Shown here in pieces: positions 1 through 6,694 of a stretch of DNA of 32,000 nt. The stretch is from Candidatus Lokiarchaeum ossiferum. GTDB lineage: Archaea > Asgardarchaeota > Lokiarchaeia > Sigyniarchaeales > Promethearchaeaceae. Made by a program: the position numbers and the translations under genes. Each line of letters opens with the position of its first letter. Position 1 is the stretch's first letter. The stretch is taken from positions 4,620,001 through 4,652,000 of the forward strand of contig CP104013.1 in assembly GCA_025839675.1 (NCBI GenBank), written 5' to 3'. The notes below the pieces were generated by a model, which searched no databases, was not told where the DNA came from, and saw nothing but the letters and a program-made list of their open reading frames with translations.

Positions 1-725
1 CCTTCTGGAGTTTGCTGAAACAACGTGTAAACTTGATTAAAAAGCTCAACCCCTCTGCTGAAAAATTCCATGCATGGTCCAAAACATCCTGCACCTGCCC
101 ATGCATCCTCATGAATAACAAATTCTGTATTAGCAAGCCCAACTCCATCTACTAAGAAATCATAAATATCTCGAAAAGCTTGATCTTGATCCCATTCTTC
201 AGGAGAAACAAATTGATGTTGTCCTATCATTACGAATCCTGTGCAATGAGACCCTGTAATGCCTACATTTTCAATATCACCAAATCGTAAACAAAATTGA
301 GGAATTAATAGTTTTTTTGCTGGAGGGGGGACTTCACCAGAGACAACATATGGTTGAAATGCTGCAATTGATGCAATCGTAAATTCTGTGGTCGGGTTCC
401 ATCTTGCAACCACGGGATATCTTTTAATAGGTACATATCCTCGAGGTTCTAATATTTCAACAATTTTTTTCCATACCTGGATGAAAGATAAATGATTCTT
501 CTTGGGATTATTATTTACAACTGTAAACCCATCATTACATTCAGGTTCACCACAAGTTTCTTTTGTATGCACTGCAGTCCAGAAATATTTCTTACAATTA
601 ATACAATGTTTTCGAATAAATCCTTTTTGTTTTAATACTGTGATAGGATAATATTTTCCTGGGTTTTCTTCAGCAATTTTCTTAAATGCTTTTTTCTGTT
701 CTTTATCTGACAGAAGTTTGGCCAT
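1..725 (-). CDS. alaS: Alanine--tRNA ligase (archaeal type), N-terminal part; the gene continues beyond the window start
   Basis: Absent from the ORF track because the window edge truncates it. I translated the reverse strand by hand from the ATG at 723-725 (an alternative in-frame ATG lies at 732-734). It reads MAKLLSDKEQKKAFKKIAEENPGKYYPITVLKQKGFIRKHCINCKKYFWTAVHTKETCGEPECNDGFTVVNNNPKKNHLSFIQVWKKIVEILEPRGYVPIKRYPVVARWNPTTEFTIASIAAFQPYVVSGEVPPP... and stays open to position 1. The Cys knuckle followed by RYPVVARW...TIASIA.FQP...PPPA is the pattern I remember for archaeal AlaRS N-termini. Confidence 0.8.
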   Translation of the reverse strand, partial: MAKLLSDKEQKKAFKKIAEENPGKYYPITVLKQKGFIRKHCINCKKYFWTAVHTKETCGEPECNDGFTVVNNNPKKNHLSFIQVWKKIVEILEPRGYVPIKRYPVVARWNPTTEFTIASIAAFQPYVVSGEVPPPAKKLLIPQFCLRFGDIENVGITGSHCTGFVMIGQHQFVSPEEWDQDQAFRDIYDFLVDGVGLANTEFVIHEDAWAGAGCFGPCMEFFSRGVELFNQVYTLFQQTPE

Positions 726-778
726 ATGTATCATGTAGCTAGAAGTCGGGATTTTTCAAAAATTTTATGCAATTTCTT

Positions 779-1618
779 TTATTGGTTTATAGTGTGATTT
801 TTAATTGAGAACCCAGAGAATATAAAAATGGGGGATAGGGTCCATAGCATATGCCCAATCCAATGGGCTGTGACATACCAAAATTGAATTGACAAAAATT
901 CAAAAACTGCTGGTATTTTTAATAGTAGGGATAATCCCAACCAGTAAATATGTCCACATGCCATGAATACTGTTCCCAAAATTAATATTTTGATCCTTCT
1001 CCGAAAAATATCATCTGAAATGGATGGGATTGATGATCGAAGTGTAATTGAGAGAAGGATTACACTTGTGACAAATAATAAGATAACTATTGCTACAAAA
1101 GCACCTTCAATTCCATCCCAAACTGCATTAACACTCGCATTACCTTCATTAATTTCTACTTTAATCTTATCACCTGCAGATAACACAATTGAACTAGTCA
1201 GAATTAATGCTTGAATAATTCGATTGTTCCCAAAAAAATGGTGGGTTTGCTTTTCTCCAAATTTAATGTTAAAAGCAGCAACAAAATAACACCATGAAAT
1301 TATTAATGCTCCAAAAAACCCTATATCTCTAAGAATATTCGCGATAAATAGCGAAGGAAATTGTGAATCATACCCAGTATAAACCCCAATAGGAGTGAGT
1401 TCTGTAAAAGAAAGAGGTGCAATGATGTATATGAAAATATCTAATGTAATATAAATTAACCAACCAATTAAACCAACTAAATATAACGTGTTGAGCTGTG
1501 GTCTTTCTTTCAAGGATAATCCTTTATATTTCTTATTCAATTTCAGAATAATTATCAAAAATAATACTGCTTCAATCGTTTTGGGTATAGCTAAAATTAA
1601 TTGCATAATTTCAATCAT
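779..1618 (-). CDS. Orphan 7-TM membrane protein, tandem paralog A (function unknown)
   Basis: 279-aa ORF with ATG at 1616-1618 and about seven hydrophobic segments by eye. It aligns end to end with the neighbouring 272-aa ORF, sharing the strings YITLDI, PSLFIAN..RDIGF, ISWCYF.AAF.IK.GE and GHM.W.LSPIFI. No catalytic motif recognised. Confidence 0.75.
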   Translation of the reverse strand: MIEIMQLILAIPKTIEAVLFLIIILKLNKKYKGLSLKERPQLNTLYLVGLIGWLIYITLDIFIYIIAPLSFTELTPIGVYTGYDSQFPSLFIANILRDIGFFGALIISWCYFVAAFNIKFGEKQTHHFFGNNRIIQALILTSSIVLSAGDKIKVEINEGNASVNAVWDGIEGAFVAIVILLFVTSVILLSITLRSSIPSISDDIFRRRIKILILGTVFMACGHIYWLGLSLLLKIPAVFEFLSIQFWYVTAHWIGHMLWTLSPIFIFSGFSIKNHTINQ

Positions 1619-1738
1619 TATTCATTTACTTCTAAATGTTAATTTATATCTAATTACTTAAACAGATTAGGACTTATTATCTCTATTTGTATCACAGAAT
1701 CTGTCATACTGGAACAGATATAGTAAAAATTTCTTGTT

Positions 1739-2557
1739 TTATTCTTTAAGACCGAAATATATAAAAATAGGTGATAACATCCAAATCATGTGCCCAAACC
1801 AGTAAAAAATCTCATAACTCATGTCAAATTTAGCAAATTCGAGAAATACTGGCCAATTTCGTAGAAGACCCAAAATTAGCCAATAAATATCTCCTAAAGC
1901 CATGAAGATAATTCCATATTTCAAAAGTCTAATCTTTTTTCTATATTGTCGATCCTGGTGCTCGATTACTGTTGATTCTAGCGTTGTATTGAGTAAAATT
2001 GCTGCAAAAATAAAAAGACTAATTACTATTGCTAAAAGGATTCCTGTTATTCCTCTCCAATCCGATGATATATTTATCCTTGAATCCTCATAGGTTACCA
2101 TGATTTTATCAAAAAAATCGAAGATCAAAGTAAATGCAATCATAAAGCCCAAAACCATTTTGTTCTTAAAAAAAATCTGTTTAGTTTTATTCTCCCCGTA
2201 TTTTATACTAAAGGCTGCGATAAAATAACACCACGAGATAAGAATTAACCCTAAGAATCCTATATCTCTGATTAGATTTGCGATAAATAGTGAAGGATAT
2301 TCTGCTTGATACCCGCTATATATTCCAAATGGCAAAGAACTTTCTAATGAAAGGGGAGCGATTATAAAAATAACTATATCTAGAGTAATATAAATGAACC
2401 AACTGAATAAACCGATTAGAAATAAAGCATTTAAAAGTGGTCGTTCCCGAAAGGGGATATTTGGAAATTTCTTAATCAACTTTATGGAAACTATTAAAAA
2501 AAGTGTAGCTTCAATAAATTTTGGAATGATTAAGGCGATTTGTAAGGGTTCGATCAT
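1739..2557 (-). CDS. Orphan 7-TM membrane protein, tandem paralog B (function unknown)
   Basis: 272-aa ORF with ATG at 2555-2557. Same length, predicted topology and conserved strings as the ORF at 779-1618, and roughly half of positions look identical by eye in the N-terminal half. Confidence 0.75.
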   Translation of the reverse strand: MIEPLQIALIIPKFIEATLFLIVSIKLIKKFPNIPFRERPLLNALFLIGLFSWFIYITLDIVIFIIAPLSLESSLPFGIYSGYQAEYPSLFIANLIRDIGFLGLILISWCYFIAAFSIKYGENKTKQIFFKNKMVLGFMIAFTLIFDFFDKIMVTYEDSRINISSDWRGITGILLAIVISLFIFAAILLNTTLESTVIEHQDRQYRKKIRLLKYGIIFMALGDIYWLILGLLRNWPVFLEFAKFDMSYEIFYWFGHMIWMLSPIFIYFGLKE

Positions 2558-2745
2558 TTTAGATACCTAAATTGTATTTCTTTAAATAAACCTCTGTTTA
2601 TATAAATATTCTCGGAAATAAATTTAATTTTTTGAATGTAGAACAATTTTTTCAGTCTTTTACATTTAAACCTTTTTTGAACCTTAAAAAAAAAGTTCTT
2701 CAACTCAAAAAATAAATAAGAGGTAAAAACTAAAAGATTATTAAC

Positions 2746-4791
2746 TTGCCCTCAAATAACTCATCCCCAGAGTTGAAGAAAAATAATGAAGAAAGTACAA
2801 TAGAAAAGGATTCTTCAGAGCAAAAACAGAATGTTAAAAATATTCGAGAAGAGATCTCGGATGTAAAAGATTTACGGGATGAAATCGATAAACAACTACG
2901 TGAAGTAAAAAATACTCTTGAAACAGATGATTCTTCAGAAAAGAATATTCGAGAAGAATTACTCTTATCAGATCAAGAACTACAAGGGGAAATAACTTCC
3001 AAAAAAAAGATTCTGAAGGATTTAGTAGAGTCCTGTGAGCGGCAGCAAGAATCCTTGGTCAAGTATAATGAGAAAGTTTCTGGAATCGAATCGATTTTCG
3101 TTCAAAAAGAACGAAATTTGAAAGAAATTTCCGATACAATTGATAAATTAACTTCGCAAAGAGCGATATTCGAAGAATTAGAAAATCACTTAACCAAATC
3201 AATTGAAGATCTTCAAAAACAAATCAAGGATAATGAAGAGAAGTATAATGATTTACTTGAAAAAGTTAGTCAAATTGAATCCCAACATAAATTAATTACG
3301 CAAGATCTCGAAACTATCACTGTTGATCTTCAAGATCGAAGAAATTTTATCTCTTCTTTAAATCGAGAATCTCTTGAGTTGAAAGAACAAGTCAAGATTA
3401 ATAAAGAGTTAATCAATGAAAAAGAAGATGAGCTCGCAAAGCTAAAAGATTCTTTAGAATTACGGGAAAAATATCTCGCTGAGCTGGAACAAAAAATTGT
3501 TTCTCGTCAACAAAATATTAGTGTTCTGGCTGAAAAATATAGCGAGCTAGAACAATCCATCCCTCGAGCGGAGGAACAAGAAAATAATCTTAAGAAGAAT
3601 ATATCCAACCTTGAGGCCCTTCTAGATGAAAAAAAGAAATTATTCTCTAGCCTCGACATGGAGCTTATAGAAATTCAAGAAAAATTAAAAACTCATAAAG
3701 CAGAATTTTCAGAGAAAGATGAAAAACTCAAAGTTTTAAAAGAATCTCTTGAGGTACGAGAAAAATATCTGACAGAATTGGAACAAAAAATTATAACTCG
3801 GCAACAAAATATGTCTACCCTCGCCGAGACGCACGCATATTTTGAAGAAAATTTACCTCTTCAAGAAGAAAAGGAACAAAAACTAAAATCGAGTAGTGAA
3901 GCTTTACTTCAACAAATTGAAGAGAAACAAACTTTTATTACTCGCCTAGAACGAGAAAAGTCTGAAGCATCGGAAAAATTAACAGCAATAAAATCAGAAT
4001 TACTTGAAAAAGAAGAACTTCTCTCTAATCTTAAAGATTCAATTCAAGTACGGGAAAAATATCTTGAGCAGATAAAACAAAAGATAAGTGATCGAACCGA
4101 AAATCTTCAAGAAATTTCGGAACGAAAAGCAGAATTGAATCTTCTTGTTCCTCAAGAAGAAAAACGGCTTAAAGAGATGGAAGATATGAACGCTTTATTA
4201 CTTTCACAAATTGAAGAACGGAAAGAACGTTCTAATATTTTGGAAGAAAAAGTATCCATAAACACATCCACAAACCTTCGTTTAACTGAAAAAATTTCAG
4301 GGAACAATGTAATTTTAGCGGAACAAACAGAACGATTGCGAGAATTTGATGCAAAATATCAGACTTTGCTGAAAGATAAAGAAAAATATGATGTTCAATA
4401 CCAGTTATTGAATGATAAAGTCAAAGATAATTCAGAAGAATTGGAAAAGCTTGAAACCCGAAAACAAAACACTGAAAAATCTCTTAAAGATGCTGAAAAA
4501 CTTCTTTCCATGGGGAAAAAGAAATTAGTATCCATGGAAAAAAACATTCGGCTGGCAGAAACTCGAATTGAGGAACATATGCTCCTGACCCGGATTCGAA
4601 AAATAGGGAAAATATATGGAGGGATAATTTTTACTGCAGGCCTTTTGGTTTTTGTTACTGGATTGATTGCTGCTGCATTGGGTACGAATTCAGTAGAAAA
4701 TATACTTATATTGCCCGAAATAACAATTTTCCTCTTAATATTTGGAGGAGTTATTGTATTTGTTTCTGGTTTGTTTCACATGTCAACATAA
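2746..4791 (+). CDS. Membrane-anchored long coiled-coil protein (about 620 aa of heptad-rich E/K/L/Q sequence plus a C-terminal two-helix hydrophobic hairpin)
   Basis: 681-aa ORF. The frame opens after TAA at 2731-2733 and has no in-frame ATG for hundreds of codons, so the start must be TTG at 2746 or ATT at 2737/2740, downstream of an AAGAGGT motif at 2719-2725. The sequence is charged coiled-coil-like almost throughout. The C-terminus, IYGGIIFTAGLLVFVTGLIAAALG-TNSVENILILPE-ITIFLLIFGGVIVFVSGLF, forms two hydrophobic helices. Confidence 0.75.
   Translation: MPSNNSSPELKKNNEESTIEKDSSEQKQNVKNIREEISDVKDLRDEIDKQLREVKNTLETDDSSEKNIREELLLSDQELQGEITSKKKILKDLVESCERQQESLVKYNEKVSGIESIFVQKERNLKEISDTIDKLTSQRAIFEELENHLTKSIEDLQKQIKDNEEKYNDLLEKVSQIESQHKLITQDLETITVDLQDRRNFISSLNRESLELKEQVKINKELINEKEDELAKLKDSLELREKYLAELEQKIVSRQQNISVLAEKYSELEQSIPRAEEQENNLKKNISNLEALLDEKKKLFSSLDMELIEIQEKLKTHKAEFSEKDEKLKVLKESLEVREKYLTELEQKIITRQQNMSTLAETHAYFEENLPLQEEKEQKLKSSSEALLQQIEEKQTFITRLEREKSEASEKLTAIKSELLEKEELLSNLKDSIQVREKYLEQIKQKISDRTENLQEISERKAELNLLVPQEEKRLKEMEDMNALLLSQIEERKERSNILEEKVSINTSTNLRLTEKISGNNVILAEQTERLREFDAKYQTLLKDKEKYDVQYQLLNDKVKDNSEELEKLETRKQNTEKSLKDAEKLLSMGKKKLVSMEKNIRLAETRIEEHMLLTRIRKIGKIYGGIIFTAGLLVFVTGLIAAALGTNSVENILILPEITIFLLIFGGVIVFVSGLFHMST
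3418..4299 (+). repeat. Three tandem in-frame 294-nt (98-aa) repeats inside the coiled-coil gene
   Basis: Unit starts sit at 3418 (EKEDELAKLKDSLELREKYLAELEQKIVSRQQN), 3712 (EKDEKLKVLKESLEVREKYLTELEQKIITRQQN) and 4006 (EKEELLSNLKDSIQVREKYLEQIKQKISDRTEN). The spacing is exactly 294 nt both times, and 98 aa equals 14 heptads. The units are diverged but clearly alignable at both DNA and protein level. Confidence 0.85.
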
Positions 4792-4811
4792 AAAAAAGGA
4801 GACTAAACATC

Positions 4812-6689
4812 ATGAACACATTTTCAAAAAATCAATATATGTCCATAAAGACTATGCTTGAAGAGGAAGGCTATCGATCAAGTAACGATTACGATTGTTT
4901 TCTACGCTATAGCATTGCCAAGGAACCTGAAACCACATTTATCTTAGGAATAAAAATCCCGATTCAAGTCCCCAATAAAGTTACTCCGAAAGCTGAACTT
5001 GTTTCATTCTATATTTCACTTTCTCTACGACCTCGTTGGTTAGATCAATCATTTGAAGATTCTCTTCGTTATTTGGCTGTGGCGCTCAGAGAAACGGTTC
5101 AAACATTGCTTCAAGATGAACCTTATCGCTATGACTTTAATTTTGTAGCATATCAATCTAAAATCGCTCAAGTTATTGAAAAATTTTATTCATCAAATGA
5201 TGATCCAACTTTTCAAGATTCCTCTGATGGTTCCATCATTAATTCGCTATTACGGTCCAATGTATTACAAAATCAACATACATTTGATCATTTTAACCTC
5301 GCTTTGTCCAAAGATGTGCTGGATATCTATCAAGATTTTCATTTGCATCCCACCGATGATCTACCTGCTGAGCTCTCAAAAGGTTTTCCAGAGAACCGAA
5401 GAAATTTCGTGGTTCTGTTTAAACGTGAGGATCCTGACCAATATTTGATAGAAGAACCCGGAAGTGTTACATATTACCGCGATTATGTTTATAATAATGT
5501 ATGGGTTCGGACTGGCTTAGAATCTCACACCCTAAATCTTTGGTATCAGGTTTTTCAAGATCAATCCTTCAAAATCAATTACTTGATCTATGATTGGATC
5601 ATCTATTGTCGGGGTCTCATCAAAAAAGTAATGCCATTGTTAGAAAATGGTCCATTGTTCAATCCCCTTGACATAAAAAATTTCAGTTATGTTCAATTTC
5701 TCAAGCAATTTGCCCCTAATATGTACCTCCCAGGGTTATTTCTCCCTCAACTGGTGTATGAAAATACGTTAGTTTCAGATTATTACTGCCGAGATTTTTT
5801 TCTCTTTGAAAGTATCCCATGTTCCCTAGAAGAAACGAGCATCATTGAACATTATTCTCAAGCAAAAATATTAATCGGGAAGGGAAATTATTCGAAAGCG
5901 GAGGAAGCTTTTAAGGATATTCTCCATCGTCTTAAAAAATTTCATCATATTTTGGGAGAAGTGGCGGTCCTTTTCAAATTAGCAAAAATTGCGCGAATTA
6001 AAAAGAATCATGTGCTATCTGTTGCATACTTGGAAGAAGCTTTGGATCTAGCTCGTTCTGGGAAAGTTCCTTTGAGTGATATTGTGCATATTCACATCGA
6101 GCTCATTTATTCTCACAAATTTAATTCTGATTCTTTGAAAGCCAATCAACATAAACAAATTGTGGTTCAATTCCTAAAAGATCTCCCTGCCAATGAGCAA
6201 TCAGAATCTCTTATTTTACGTTATTATTTGGATATGGCTCGATTAAGTATGATGGAACAAGACTACGATGGCGCCAACTTGCAATTCAAAGAACTCCTAA
6301 AACGAATTGATAAACATCCTGATTATGAATTTCTTTATTATTATGAGCGATCGAAATATTACGCTGGCATCAATAATGAAGCTAAACAATTTCAAGCTCT
6401 CCAAAAGGCGGTTGATCTTCCCGATGGACCCAAACAAGAACACATCGAAGCTTTCTTTGATCTCGGGTTGTTTTACCTCTATCAGCGAAATGATCATTTG
6501 AAAGCGATTAGATATGTGCTGGAAGCTGAAGCAATGATTCAAGATGAAGACTTAGCGAGCTTGCAATTAAAATTGAAATGCAAAGAAGTGTTAGCTGATG
6601 CCTATCAGGCAGCAAATAAAGGTATTGAATCCGAAATTCAAAAAGAAGAAGCTGAAAAAATAAAAGCGCGTTTAGACCATCTTTTTTAA
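4812..6689 (+). CDS. Orphan N-terminal domain (about 340 aa) fused to C-terminal TPR-like helical repeats
   Basis: 625-aa ORF with ATG at 4812, 20 nt after the coiled-coil gene stop and preceded by GGAG at 4798-4801, so probably co-transcribed. The C-terminal about 280 aa show TPR-like strings (GKGNYSKAEEAFKDIL, VAYLEEALDLAR, DYDGANLQFKELLKR, QFQALQKAVDL, LKAIRYVLEAEAM). The N-terminal domain is not recognised. Confidence 0.7.
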   Translation: MNTFSKNQYMSIKTMLEEEGYRSSNDYDCFLRYSIAKEPETTFILGIKIPIQVPNKVTPKAELVSFYISLSLRPRWLDQSFEDSLRYLAVALRETVQTLLQDEPYRYDFNFVAYQSKIAQVIEKFYSSNDDPTFQDSSDGSIINSLLRSNVLQNQHTFDHFNLALSKDVLDIYQDFHLHPTDDLPAELSKGFPENRRNFVVLFKREDPDQYLIEEPGSVTYYRDYVYNNVWVRTGLESHTLNLWYQVFQDQSFKINYLIYDWIIYCRGLIKKVMPLLENGPLFNPLDIKNFSYVQFLKQFAPNMYLPGLFLPQLVYENTLVSDYYCRDFFLFESIPCSLEETSIIEHYSQAKILIGKGNYSKAEEAFKDILHRLKKFHHILGEVAVLFKLAKIARIKKNHVLSVAYLEEALDLARSGKVPLSDIVHIHIELIYSHKFNSDSLKANQHKQIVVQFLKDLPANEQSESLILRYYLDMARLSMMEQDYDGANLQFKELLKRIDKHPDYEFLYYYERSKYYAGINNEAKQFQALQKAVDLPDGPKQEHIEAFFDLGLFYLYQRNDHLKAIRYVLEAEAMIQDEDLASLQLKLKCKEVLADAYQAANKGIESEIQKEEAEKIKARLDHLF

Positions 6690-6694
6690 TCTTT

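Noticed and set aside
963-1214. 83-aa plus-strand ORF. The same applies to 1902-2093, 5176-5448, 6297-6542, 6307-6501, 7851-8036, 9063-9248, 10919-11122, 13894-14112, 17067-17255, 17510-17758, 18466-18648, 18717-18914, 20527-20769, 24646-24843, 25444-25638, 28470-28658, 29276-29461, 29733-29915 and 31633-31836.
   Set aside because: Nearly all lie inside or antisense to much longer ORFs with clear family motifs or membrane-protein character; the few that extend past a gene end (17067-17255, 29276-29461) are still mostly antisense to the neighbouring gene. Their translations are low-complexity or hydrophobic noise typical of AT-rich DNA.
779-2557. Microbial rhodopsin (including schizo- or heliorhodopsin) or PAQR/hemolysin-III identity for the 7-TM paralogs
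   Set aside because: There is no Lys in the seventh helix of either protein. An HxxxH string is present in only one paralog (AHWIGH) and not in the other (YWFGH), so it is not a conserved metal site.
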